The notes beneath the pieces are model-generated. The model saw only the letters and a list, made by a program, of their open reading frames with translations. It searched no databases and was not told the DNA's origin. Source: an uncultured Acidobacteriota bacterium (GTDB taxonomy: Bacteria; Acidobacteriota; Vicinamibacteria; Vicinamibacterales; UBA8438). Taken from it: a stretch of 64,000 nt of DNA. The position numbers were made by a program, and so were the translations under genes. Shown here piece by piece: positions 31,821 through 43,690 of this stretch (position 1 is the stretch's first letter; every line of letters begins with the position of its first letter). The DNA lies in contig CAJWLU010000014.1 in the NCBI GenBank assembly GCA_913043225.1, forward strand, positions 1 to 64,000. The letters are read 5' to 3'.

Positions 31821-32780
31821 ATGACAGGCCGAATCATCCTTGGGTGCGTGGCAGGGTTGCTGCTGGCGATCGCGCCGGCCTCGGCACAGGAATGGGAGCC
31901 GCCGCGGCTCGCCAACGGGGTGCCCGACATCAATGGCATGTGGAACAACGTCGGGTCGTCCCACGTGCCGCTTGAGGTCCCAGACGATCTCGCAGGCAAG
32001 ACGCTCACCGAAGACGAGCGACTCGAGCTTTTCACAGCTCGGTCCGACCGCGCCAAGGCGGCGCAATGGGAAGGGCACGAGAACAGCCGGGGTGTCGGCG
32101 CCTACGCCAACTACTGGTTCGACTGGTATTGGAGAGAGCCGGTAGCCGGTGAAGCGCCAGCGCTCATCATCGATCCCCCCATCGGTAAGCGACCGGCATT
32201 CACCGAGCGAGCTCGAGACAGCGTGCAGTATTACCGGGACCATCTCCATGACCAGGCTGCGAACATGGAGGCGGGTGACCGGTGTCTCTCCCGCGGCGTG
32301 TTCGGCATGATGATGCCGACCGCGTACAACAACGGCAAACTGATCGTGCAGACCGAGGATCACATCCTCATCCACAGCGAGATGATCCATAACGCCCGGA
32401 TCATTCCGATCGACTCGGGTCCGCACGTCAGCGACAAGATCACCCAGTGGGAAGGCGACCCCCGCGGCTACTGGGAAGGCAACACGCTGGTGGTCGAGTC
32501 GACCAACTTCAAAGCGGTGGGCAACATGCGGGCACCCGGGTCACGGGCTCCGCAGCATACAGGCCGCCGGATGGTGGAGCGGTTCACATTCGTTGACGAC
32601 GAGACGCTGAACTACGAGCTGACCGTCGACGACCAAGAGACCTACACCGCCCCATGGACGGTGGCCTTCCCTTACAAGAAAGACGAGGCGTATCAGCAGT
32701 TCGAGTACGCCTGCCATGAAGGTAATTGGGCCGTGCCCAACTCACTGAGCGGCGCCCGGGCCGAAGAGCGCGCGCAGTAA
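31821..32780 (+). CDS. Secreted protein of unknown function (paralogue of 36794-37780)
   Basis: Signal peptide, GVPDINGMW, DRC, GYWEGNTLVVES, ERFT and FEYACHEGN. Confidence 0.8.
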   Translation: MTGRIILGCVAGLLLAIAPASAQEWEPPRLANGVPDINGMWNNVGSSHVPLEVPDDLAGKTLTEDERLELFTARSDRAKAAQWEGHENSRGVGAYANYWFDWYWREPVAGEAPALIIDPPIGKRPAFTERARDSVQYYRDHLHDQAANMEAGDRCLSRGVFGMMMPTAYNNGKLIVQTEDHILIHSEMIHNARIIPIDSGPHVSDKITQWEGDPRGYWEGNTLVVESTNFKAVGNMRAPGSRAPQHTGRRMVERFTFVDDETLNYELTVDDQETYTAPWTVAFPYKKDEAYQQFEYACHEGNWAVPNSLSGARAEERAQ

Positions 32781-34561
32781 TGAACATCGGCGCAGCCCAC
32801 CGGGGCCATCTCCCTCGCGCGGCCTCAGGGCTAACGCTGCTGACGCTGGGTCTCTGGGCCTCGGCCGCCGGAGCCCAGAACCTGGACTGGTCGAGCCAGA
32901 ACCTCAACCTCGACAACAACCGGTTCGCCGCGGTGGACGAGGTCGACCGCGGGAACGTGGACCGGCTCGTCGAATCCTGGTCGTACGAGGTCGGCCCCAC
33001 CGACAACATCAGCCAGACCACGCCCGTGGTCATCGACGGGATCATGTATCTGCACTCACGGTCGACGCTGTTCGCGCTCGACGCGACCACGGGTGAAGAG
33101 TTGTGGCAGGCCGTGCTCGACGCCGGTGACCCGGGCGGCAGCCCTGTGCGTGGACCGACATTCGCCGACGGCAATGTGTACGCCTATCGAGGCGCCGACC
33201 TCTATGCCATGAACGGGAGGACGGGTGAACCGGTCGAAACGTTTGGCGACGGAGGGGTCCTGCCAGTCGTCAGCGCGGCGCTCCAGGCGAAGTATCCAGA
33301 CGACTTCCCACCGAATCTGGACCCGGTCAGCATCGGCTATCGCATCACCACTCCGCCGGCGTATCACGACAGCACAATGTATGTAGCGGCGGCGCTGTCG
33401 GAGGGACACATCCCGGGCGGGTTGGTCATCGCCACCGACTCTGACACCGGCGCGGTGAAGTGGGTGTTTAACACCATCCCGCAGGGCCCACAGGACTCGG
33501 GGTGGGAGATTGCACGGGACACCTGGGGGGACGGGGCTCGCGCCGGCGGCGGCATCTGGACGCAACCGGCGGTCGACACCGACCTAGGACTCGTCTATGT
33601 CAACGCCGGGAACCCCTCACCGGACTACGATGGTTCGGCGCGGCATGGCATCAACCTCTTCACCAATGCCACCATCGCTCTGGATCTCGAGACCGGCGAG
33701 CTGCGGTGGTACTACCAGGCCGTACACCACGACCTGTGGGACTGGGACCACGTAACCGGCCCGGTCCTGTTCGACGTGCCGGATCCCGAGGGCGGCATCC
33801 TCAAGGGCGTGGCGGCGGCCGGCAAGAACTGCCTGTTCTACATGTGGGACCGGGAAACGGGCGAGCCGCTCCATCCGATGGTGGAAACCATCGTGCCGAC
33901 CGAGACCGACGTCCCCGGTGAGCAGGCCTGGCCCACGCAGCCGATACCCTACAACGCGGCCGGCGTGCCAATGACGCCGCTCTGCGCAACGTTCGTGGAT
34001 CTTGAAGATCCCGAGCAGATGGCCCGTTCGAGCCAGCTCTACTCTCCCTACTGGATCAGCAAGGAGGTCATCGTGCCTCACGGTGGGTCGAGCTTCGGGT
34101 CGCCATCGTTCAGCCCCAACACCGGCCTCGTGTATGTGACAGGGAAGAACGGCGCCATCGCCCTGGTGGTCAAGCCGGTGGGCGACTCGCTCGAACCTGG
34201 TCCGGACAGTCGGGGACACACAGACAGCTACGAGACGATCGACCGGATCATGGAAGGCTTCCCTCCGGAGGTGACCGTCTCGGCCTACGACCCGCTGACC
34301 GGGGAGCAGACCTGGCAAGCGATTCTGCCGGCCGAGACCGCCATCGGCGCCAGCGGCAACTTGGTCACGGCCGGCGACCTCGTGTTCCAGGGCGTAGAGG
34401 ACGGGGGCTTCTACGCCCTCGATGCCCGCACCGGTGACGAGCTGTTCGAGTACGAGGCGCCCCGACCGATCCGGTCGAGCCCGATGACCTATCAAGTCAA
34501 CGGTAAGCAGTATGTGACCGTGGTCGCCACCAACACCGTCATCACCCTAGCGCTGCCATAG
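32780..34561 (+). CDS. PQQ-dependent dehydrogenase family beta-propeller protein
   Basis: [33 protein letters not shown] and [13 protein letters not shown]. Confidence 0.9.
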   Translation: MNIGAAHRGHLPRAASGLTLLTLGLWASAAGAQNLDWSSQNLNLDNNRFAAVDEVDRGNVDRLVESWSYEVGPTDNISQTTPVVIDGIMYLHSRSTLFALDATTGEELWQAVLDAGDPGGSPVRGPTFADGNVYAYRGADLYAMNGRTGEPVETFGDGGVLPVVSAALQAKYPDDFPPNLDPVSIGYRITTPPAYHDSTMYVAAALSEGHIPGGLVIATDSDTGAVKWVFNTIPQGPQDSGWEIARDTWGDGARAGGGIWTQPAVDTDLGLVYVNAGNPSPDYDGSARHGINLFTNATIALDLETGELRWYYQAVHHDLWDWDHVTGPVLFDVPDPEGGILKGVAAAGKNCLFYMWDRETGEPLHPMVETIVPTETDVPGEQAWPTQPIPYNAAGVPMTPLCATFVDLEDPEQMARSSQLYSPYWISKEVIVPHGGSSFGSPSFSPNTGLVYVTGKNGAIALVVKPVGDSLEPGPDSRGHTDSYETIDRIMEGFPPEVTVSAYDPLTGEQTWQAILPAETAIGASGNLVTAGDLVFQGVEDGGFYALDARTGDELFEYEAPRPIRSSPMTYQVNGKQYVTVVATNTVITLALP

Positions 34562-34601
34562 CCGCTGCTCGTCGCCTCCGCGACCAGACAGGGAGGCCTC
34601 C

Positions 34602-34724
34602 TTGCTCAACGTCATTCCCAGCCGTGTCACCGCCCGGATGAACGGCGACTTCATCGTTTTCCTGATCGCCCTGCGGACCAATAAGCCCTGGAAGCTGCAC
34701 AAGTGGCTGCCGGTGGGCCGCGCC
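34602..34724 (+). pseudogene. N-terminal fragment of a DUF4188-like monooxygenase, in frame with the downstream peptidase
   Basis: [31 protein letters not shown] resembles the DUF4188 N-terminus as I recall it (FVVFLIGMRINKPW...W.P); GGGAGG SD upstream. Confidence 0.6.
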
Positions 34725-36017
34725 ATGCGAATTGCGACCCTCGTCATCACCCTCCTTCTCACGCTGCCAGTCAGCCGGGCAGCCGCTCAGCATTCCGAGA
34801 TCGACCGGGCGGTGGAGCGACTGGTGCCGCAAATCATCGAGCTTCGCCACCAGATCCACCAGAACCCCGAACTCGGCAACCGGGAAACCGAAACTGCGGC
34901 GCTCGTCGCGGCACATCTGCGAGAGCTTGGCTTCGACCACGTGCGCACCGGCGTCGCCCACACCGGCGTGGTGGCAATCCTGCGCGGAGGGAAACCAGGT
35001 CCGGTGATCGCGGTCCGGGCGGACATGGACGCGCTGCCGGTCACCGAAGAGACCGACCTACCGTTCCGTTCGACCAGGCGGACGACCTATCTGGGACAGG
35101 AGGTCGGCGTCATGCACGCGTGCGGGCACGACATCCACACCGCCGTGCAGCTCGGGGTGGCGTCGGTGCTCAAAGCGTTGCAACCGGATCTGCCCGGGAC
35201 CGTGATGTTCCTCTTCCAGCCAGCCGAGGAGGGCCCCCCACCCGGCGAAGAGGGCGGCGCAGCTCTGATGCTCGCCGAGGGGGTGTTCGACACACTCCGC
35301 CCAGAGGCGATTTTCGGGCTGCACGCCAGCGCGCACCTCAACGTTGGACGGGCGGCCTACACCCCGGGTGGCGCGCTCGCGGCCGTCGACCACTTCCGGA
35401 TCACCATCCGGGGTCAACAGGCCCACGGCGCCGCTCCCCATCTCAGCATCGACCCTGTGGTCATGGCCTCGCAGGCGGTCACAACACTGCAGACGATCCG
35501 ATCACGGAACTTGTCGCCACTGGCGCCCAGCGTTATCACGGTCGGCATGATCAGGGGCGGGACGCGGTTCAACATCATCCCGGGTGAGGTGGCGCTGGAA
35601 GGGACGGTCCGGACTTACGACCCGGCGGTCCAGGACACCGTCGAGCGGCGGATGCATGAGATTCTCGACGGCATCACTCGGGCCGGCGGGGGATCGTTCG
35701 AGCTCGACTACGATCGGATCACGCCCGTCACCATCAACGACCTGGAACTCACCGGGCGGTCGGTGGCCAGCCTGGTGGCGGCGCTCGGCGCCGATCAAGT
35801 GTCAGAGGCCGACCCCTGGATGGCCGGCGAGGACTTCTCGCTGTTCGCCAACGAGGTGCCTGGGTTCTTCTACATGCTGGGCACCCTTGCCCCCGGCACC
35901 ACCTCGGGCGACCATCACTCACCGACGTTCCGGGCTGATGACACGGCGCTCCCGGCCGGGATGCGCACGATGGCCTACACGCTGTGGGACTACCTAACCC
36001 GCGGCAGCGGGCGATAG
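34725..36017 (+). CDS. M20 family amidohydrolase/peptidase, secreted
   Basis: [32 protein letters not shown] and GEDFS. Confidence 0.93.
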   Translation: MRIATLVITLLLTLPVSRAAAQHSEIDRAVERLVPQIIELRHQIHQNPELGNRETETAALVAAHLRELGFDHVRTGVAHTGVVAILRGGKPGPVIAVRADMDALPVTEETDLPFRSTRRTTYLGQEVGVMHACGHDIHTAVQLGVASVLKALQPDLPGTVMFLFQPAEEGPPPGEEGGAALMLAEGVFDTLRPEAIFGLHASAHLNVGRAAYTPGGALAAVDHFRITIRGQQAHGAAPHLSIDPVVMASQAVTTLQTIRSRNLSPLAPSVITVGMIRGGTRFNIIPGEVALEGTVRTYDPAVQDTVERRMHEILDGITRAGGGSFELDYDRITPVTINDLELTGRSVASLVAALGADQVSEADPWMAGEDFSLFANEVPGFFYMLGTLAPGTTSGDHHSPTFRADDTALPAGMRTMAYTLWDYLTRGSGR

Positions 36018-36020
36018 TCG

Positions 36021-36797
36021 TCAGGAAACGAAGCGCGCGGTCGCCACCCCGACCCCTCGGACCTCCACCTCAACTTGTCCCGGACCATCGATCCGAACCA
36101 GCGCCACCGGTGCTCCGGGGATCACCACGCTTCCGGCGGCCAGAGCACATCCGTGACGACACAAGGCGTCCAGCAGCCAGGCAAGAGACCGGAGGGGGCC
36201 GCCCATAATCTCCGACGCCGGCGCCGCCTCGGCTTCCACTCCATCAACCCGCACCGACATACGCTCGTTGTTCAGCCCGAGTCCGTCGGGCGACATCGCC
36301 CGGGCACCAACCACGAGACCCGCGTGCATACCACCTGAACAGACTAGCTCCTGCGCCGACACAGCCCCGGCCCAGAAATGGAAGTGGTGCAGCTCGATCC
36401 CGACCCGCACCTCCTGAATCGCGCCTCGGAGCCGTGCGGTCGGTAGCCCCGTCCCTTCGAGGTCCTCGCCGATCGTCAGCACCAGTTCCGGCTCGACCGC
36501 GCAGGAAGCAAAGTCGGCGGCCGAGAGCGTGACGCCGTCGGGATGAAACCGGGAGCTGAAGATGGGCGCGAAGATTGGTTCCGTGAGACCCAGCTGATCT
36601 CGGACGGCTGGGCTAGTGCAGCCAACCTTGTAGCCAGCCGGCGTCTCGCCCCGGGCGGCGCGGAGCGCGCACACCCTGGACTGGACGCCGTAGGCGTCGG
36701 CAAGGGACAGCGCACCGAGGTCAGGCGGAGAGCCAGGCCAGTGCAGCTCATCGAACGCGTGGAGGAAGCCTGTGGCCAGCCGGTCGAGACGACTCAG
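36021..36797 (-). CDS. 2-keto-4-pentenoate hydratase/FAH-family protein (start uncertain, possibly CTG)
   Basis: DAYGVQ, GYKVGCTS, VEPEL and MGGPLRSLAWL. Similarity extends upstream of the annotated GTG at 36674. Confidence 0.8.
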   Translation of the reverse strand: MSRLDRLATGFLHAFDELHWPGSPPDLGALSLADAYGVQSRVCALRAARGETPAGYKVGCTSPAVRDQLGLTEPIFAPIFSSRFHPDGVTLSAADFASCAVEPELVLTIGEDLEGTGLPTARLRGAIQEVRVGIELHHFHFWAGAVSAQELVCSGGMHAGLVVGARAMSPDGLGLNNERMSVRVDGVEAEAAPASEIMGGPLRSLAWLLDALCRHGCALAAGSVVIPGAPVALVRIDGPGQVEVEVRGVGVATARFVS

Positions 36798-37780
36798 CGT
36801 CCGAGCTCTTCCATTCGCGCCCCGGCGAGCACGTTGATCATGGAGTAGTTCCGCTCGTGACAGGCAAACTCGTAGATCACACCCGAGGTCACGCCGCGGG
36901 ACAGGTGGTCAGTCGTCATTGGTGCCGACGCCGTCCAGGGCTGGTTGAAGACCTCCGGATCTTCCATCGTGAACGTGTAGTCGATGGACTGTGGGCCCAC
37001 CCGGGTGAACCGCTCGACCAGCTTCAGCGTCGACCGCGACTTGCGCCAAGGCGAACTCCAGTAAGCATCGGGCTTATCGACGAAGTTGACCGTTTCCACG
37101 ACCAGCGTGTCGTCCTCCCAGCGTCCGCGTGCTTCTCCGGTCCACTGGCCGATGCCGGTCAGCGGCCGATCGGAAATCGGGATGACGCGCAGCTCGTGGT
37201 ACATCTCGTGGAGCATCACCACTTCGCCCGGCGTCTGGAAGATCTGCAGGTTCATGTTGTAGGGCTGGAGCGGCACCATGTTCGGCAGCCCGTCGGTGAT
37301 GCACCGCTCGCCGGTATCCATGTCCGTCCAGCTGTGGAACGGCCCGACGCCGTAGCGTGCCACTTCCGTATCATAGGCCGCTCTGGCGGCGGGATCGACC
37401 CACGGAATCTGACCGTTGGCCGGCTCGATGATCAGCGACGTCCGGAGGGTGCCGGTGACCGCGGTGCCGGAGTCCAGCCAGACCTGGTTGTAGCCACCGA
37501 CGCTGCCGGGCGCTGCCTTGCCATCATTGGCAACCCGGGTCTCAATGGTCTGGCGCTCCATGGCCGACGCTTCCTCGGCGGTCAGCTCGGCCTTGTCGCC
37601 AAAACGCTCCGGCCGTTCGAGCGGTGTCAGGGTGGCCGAGGTCCAGACCCCCATCAGATCCGGCTCGCCCCACGGCGTCATCGGCGCCGTCCACTCGTTC
37701 CCAGACTGGGCCCAACCGAGCGAGGCCACGCCGATCGTCACGACACTCACGAGCACGAACACGCGGATGCGGTCACGCAT
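36794..37780 (-). CDS. Secreted protein of unknown function (paralogue of 31821-32780)
   Basis: TPWGEPDLMGVW, TPLERP, ERC, GRWEDDTLVVET and YEFACHERN. Confidence 0.8.
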   Translation of the reverse strand: MRDRIRVFVLVSVVTIGVASLGWAQSGNEWTAPMTPWGEPDLMGVWTSATLTPLERPERFGDKAELTAEEASAMERQTIETRVANDGKAAPGSVGGYNQVWLDSGTAVTGTLRTSLIIEPANGQIPWVDPAARAAYDTEVARYGVGPFHSWTDMDTGERCITDGLPNMVPLQPYNMNLQIFQTPGEVVMLHEMYHELRVIPISDRPLTGIGQWTGEARGRWEDDTLVVETVNFVDKPDAYWSSPWRKSRSTLKLVERFTRVGPQSIDYTFTMEDPEVFNQPWTASAPMTTDHLSRGVTSGVIYEFACHERNYSMINVLAGARMEELGR

Positions 37781-37827
37781 AGTCTGGTTCCCTTCAGTAG
37801 TGATTCGACCCGCACAGAATAGCAGGT

Positions 37828-38724
37828 CTACCCGTCGTTCGACGTGTCCCCAGGCGACTGACCAAGCTCCGCGATCAGCCCGACCAGCGCCGCCAGATCC
37901 CTCCGGCCCCAGTCGCGTCCAGCGAGGCCGTTGATGAGTTGCATGGTGACGGCCGCCGCCGGAGCTGCCGCGCCCTGCGCATGGGCTAGTCCAAGCGCCA
38001 GATGCATGTCCTTGTGGTAGAGCCGCGACTCGATGCCGGCCTCGAAGTCGCGGGCCGCCATCTTAGCGCCGAACGCGTCCAGGACCCGGCTGGACGCCAT
38101 CCCCGCCATCATGACCTGCCGGACCTGCTCGACATCGAGCCCACACTGGCTGGCGAGATTCAGCGCCTCGGCCGCGCCCTGGGCGTTGACCAAGAGCGCC
38201 AGCTGATGGCAGAGCTTGGTGGTCTGCCCGGCGCCATGGTCCCCCAGATGCATCACCGTCGGCCCCAGACTGGCAAACAGCGGGCGGGCTCGCTCGAGTG
38301 CCCCTGCCGGGCCGCCCACCATGATCGCCAGCGTGGCGTCCTGGGCCCCCTTCGGTCCGCCGGACACCGGCGCGTCGAGCATGTCGACCCCGATGTCGGC
38401 GAGCGACGAGGCGATCTCACGCGTCACTCCGGGATCGATGGTGCTCATGTCGATCACGAGGGAGCCCGAACGCAGACCGGCCCGCAGTCCGTCCTCACCG
38501 AGCACGACTCCCCGAACGTCCTCGGTACTCGTCACCATGGTGAACACCACGTCGGAGAGGGCTCCGAGCGCCGCCGGGGTCTCGACGCCGGTTGCCCCCT
38601 CGGCCACGAGCGGAGCCGCCGACTCGGCGCGCCGCGACCACACCGCCATTGCGTGACCACCGCGCATCAGGTTGAGCGCCATCGGGCGCCCCATCGTGCC
38701 GAGACCAATAAATCCCAGTTGCAT
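37828..38724 (-). CDS. NAD(P)-dependent beta-hydroxyacid dehydrogenase (3-hydroxyisobutyrate/tartronate-semialdehyde reductase family)
   Basis: GFIGLGTMG, DMST, LDAPVSGG and GAGQTTKLC. Confidence 0.92.
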   Translation of the reverse strand: MQLGFIGLGTMGRPMALNLMRGGHAMAVWSRRAESAAPLVAEGATGVETPAALGALSDVVFTMVTSTEDVRGVVLGEDGLRAGLRSGSLVIDMSTIDPGVTREIASSLADIGVDMLDAPVSGGPKGAQDATLAIMVGGPAGALERARPLFASLGPTVMHLGDHGAGQTTKLCHQLALLVNAQGAAEALNLASQCGLDVEQVRQVMMAGMASSRVLDAFGAKMAARDFEAGIESRLYHKDMHLALGLAHAQGAAAPAAAVTMQLINGLAGRDWGRRDLAALVGLIAELGQSPGDTSNDG

Positions 38725-38730
38725 GACGGC

Positions 38731-39303
38731 TCACCCGGCGTCCGGGAATCCGGGCGTGGCGCGAACCTCCGCAATCTGGGCTAGATGCCGCTGATGGTGC
38801 ATCGGAATATAGAGGAGCCACTGGTACGCGTCGAGCGCGCCATACATAACCCGATGATGCTTAAGGTGATGAGCCCGCAAAGGCGCGTCGGTGGTAACCG
38901 CGAACTCGAGCGACCGAGCGCGACACCGCCCGAACTCCTCTAGGGCCTCGGCCCTGTCGACTCTGCCGGTCGGCACCGCCTGACCTGGAGCATCCCGGCG
39001 CTCGCTTCGATCCTGCAGCGACTCGACGATAAGGGCGTCCTTCATCCCGACCCCGTCCGACCAGTTCTCTGACACGGTTTGACCGAGGGCCCGCTCGACC
39101 TGTCCCAGCAGGCTGATCTCGACACGCCCCAAATGCTCGACGATCAGGCGGATCGACCAGGCCTCGTCCGAAGGGCGATAGTCCCATTGGGCGTCGGTCA
39201 GCGGTTCCACCACCCCCAGCAAATCGTCGCGGGTCCGCTCGAAGAGCTCGACCACGAACGCACGCTCCTCAGAAGTGAGACGCGGATCGGACCGAGTGGT
39301 CAC
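38731..39303 (-). CDS. DinB-family protein
   Basis: WSIRLIVEHL and HHQRHLAQI; GTGA overlap with the upstream gene. Confidence 0.85.
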   Translation of the reverse strand: MTTRSDPRLTSEERAFVVELFERTRDDLLGVVEPLTDAQWDYRPSDEAWSIRLIVEHLGRVEISLLGQVERALGQTVSENWSDGVGMKDALIVESLQDRSERRDAPGQAVPTGRVDRAEALEEFGRCRARSLEFAVTTDAPLRAHHLKHHRVMYGALDAYQWLLYIPMHHQRHLAQIAEVRATPGFPDAG

Positions 39304-40223
39304 GCGGCACCGACTCCTCTCTTCTTCCAGTACCGGGCCAGCCCCAGCCAGCACTGGTCGAGCGGGGCCGCCTGGCCATAAAGCGCGGCGGCGGTGTCGG
39401 TCATGTGACGCTTTAGGTAGCTCAGCAGTCCGGTCACGAAACGCTCTGTCTGTTCTTCCGGACTTCCGCCCGACTCGGCGATACCGCGCGCGAGTTCGGC
39501 CATACCGTCGAGGTGTTCGACGAGACTGGCCAGGTGGGCGGCAGGTTCGCCGTGTGCCCCGAAGTGGGTGACGAAGAGCGTGTCGGCTTGCCAGCGCTCG
39601 ATATCCGCGATGCTGGCTTTCCAGGTCTCGATGTCGATGTCGGGCGGCGGGGTGGGCGGCATCGCGAACAGCTCGGAGCCAGTGCGAATGCCCGCGGTGT
39701 CACCGACAAACGCCACGCCACTGGCCCGGTCGAAGTAGCAGACGTGATGCGACGCATGTCCCGGCGTGTTGAGCACCTCGAGCTGGCGATCGCCAGCGGT
39801 CACGGTCTCACCGCCGGTCAGTGGATGCAGGTTCGCCTCGGGCACCGCCAAGAACTCGCCCCACAGTCGATCCATGTCATCGCCGTACAGCCGCGTAGCG
39901 CTGGTGATTAGCTTGGTGGGATCGGCCATGTGGGACGCGCCGCGCTCGTGCACATAAACCTGAATGTCCGGATTCTCCCGCAGTAAGTGCCCTGTGGCGC
40001 CAGCATGGTCGAGGTGGATGTGCGTCAACAGTACCGTCCGCACGTCCGCCACCTCGATGCCCTGTCCAGCAAGCGCACCTCTCAGCGTCTCGAGACAGGT
40101 GGTCGGACCGGGGTCAACAAGGGTCACCCCCGAGACGCTCTGGATGACTCCAGTGGCAATGACTCGCGGCGAGCCCAGGAACATCAGATCGGCGCACGTG
40201 ATACCGCGCGCAATGGTCTGCAT
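39300..40223 (-). CDS. Metallo-beta-lactamase-fold hydrolase
   Basis: THIHLDHAG, TPGHASHH, GDTAG and THFG. Confidence 0.92.
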   Translation of the reverse strand: MQTIARGITCADLMFLGSPRVIATGVIQSVSGVTLVDPGPTTCLETLRGALAGQGIEVADVRTVLLTHIHLDHAGATGHLLRENPDIQVYVHERGASHMADPTKLITSATRLYGDDMDRLWGEFLAVPEANLHPLTGGETVTAGDRQLEVLNTPGHASHHVCYFDRASGVAFVGDTAGIRTGSELFAMPPTPPPDIDIETWKASIADIERWQADTLFVTHFGAHGEPAAHLASLVEHLDGMAELARGIAESGGSPEEQTERFVTGLLSYLKRHMTDTAAALYGQAAPLDQCWLGLARYWKKRGVGAA

Positions 40224-40295
40224 AGCCGTGAAATCTTACTATGTGGCCTGCTTGACGGCGTCAGGGCCTCCATAGTCTGATGGACGAAGACAGGC

Positions 40296-40607
40296 ATGAC
40301 GCGCCAGCCGACCACTGACCATGGGGTCCTCGAGGAGACCCGGCTCAAGACCCGCAAGCCCACGCGCTTCAAGGTCATCCTACTCAACGACGACTACACC
40401 ACAATGGAGTTCGTCGTGCAGGTACTCGAGTCGATCTTCCACAAGACCCCGTCAGAGGCCTATCGGATCATGATGCAGGTACACACCGAGGGCCGTGGGA
40501 TCTGCGGTGCGTATAGCCATGAGGTGGCCGAGACCAAGGTCGCCACCACTAGTGACCTCGCGCGACGGGAGGGCTTCCCGTTGCAAGCGATGATCGAAGA
40601 GGAGTAG
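40296..40607 (+). CDS. clpS: ATP-dependent Clp protease adaptor ClpS
   Basis: VILLNDDYTTMEFVV, VHTEG, AETKV and FPL. Confidence 0.96.
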   Translation: MTRQPTTDHGVLEETRLKTRKPTRFKVILLNDDYTTMEFVVQVLESIFHKTPSEAYRIMMQVHTEGRGICGAYSHEVAETKVATTSDLARREGFPLQAMIEEE

Positions 40608-40617
40608 CGGCGCAACG

Positions 40618-43017
<2,400 letters not shown>

Positions 43018-43023
43018 AGCCGG

Positions 43024-43224
43024 CTAGTGTGCCGGGTCTTTCGAGTCGCCTTCCAGCGCCAGGACTAGGTCCCGGAGTAGGTTGATCTGCTGTTCGGCGG
43101 CGTGCAGGATGGCCCGGCGCTCCTGCACGCTCGGGATAGACCAGTCCTCACCTTCGAGCCGCACCCGCCCGTCAGGCTCAAAATCGACCAGCACCGCTTC
43201 CATCGTCTCGACATAGAGCTTCAT
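43024..43224 (-). CDS. Small hypothetical protein (66 aa)
   Basis: ATG after GGAGAAGG; co-oriented with the ACT gene. Confidence 0.6.
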   Translation of the reverse strand: MKLYVETMEAVLVDFEPDGRVRLEGEDWSIPSVQERRAILHAAEQQINLLRDLVLALEGDSKDPAH

Positions 43225-43247
43225 GGCTGCCTTCTCCGAGGACCGTG

Positions 43248-43631
43248 TCACATGCCAGCCGCGGCCGCGGCTCGCTGGGCGTCCTCAACCACCACGACGA
43301 GGGCGGCCATCTCCTGTTCGCTACCCGCGGTGGCAAACGCGTACTCGATGTTCACCCCAGCCTGGCTCAAGAGGCGTGCCGCCGCGCTGACCCCGCCCGG
43401 ACCATTAGACACGGTCACGTACAGGACCTCCCGCTCCTCGACGATATAGTCACGATTGCGGAGCAAGCCGGCGACGTGGACGGGATTGTCGGCTACCAAG
43501 AGCAACACGCCGGTGCCCTCAAGACTCATCCCAATGATGTTGGCGTTCTCTCGTGCCAGAGCCTGGCAGACGCGGTCGAGGGCGCCAAGCGTGTTCTCGA
43601 GACGAAGGGTCAGGGCGGTCCGGATCGCCAT
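43248..43631 (-). CDS. Tandem ACT-domain protein
   Basis: LENTLGAL...ANI and NGPGGV...AGVNIEYAF. Confidence 0.85.
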   Translation of the reverse strand: MAIRTALTLRLENTLGALDRVCQALARENANIIGMSLEGTGVLLLVADNPVHVAGLLRNRDYIVEEREVLYVTVSNGPGGVSAAARLLSQAGVNIEYAFATAGSEQEMAALVVVVEDAQRAAAAAGM

Positions 43632-43690
43632 CCCGCGGAGGATACAACACCCGACCGCTGCGCCCGGGAGCGAAGTAGTAACATGCGAGT

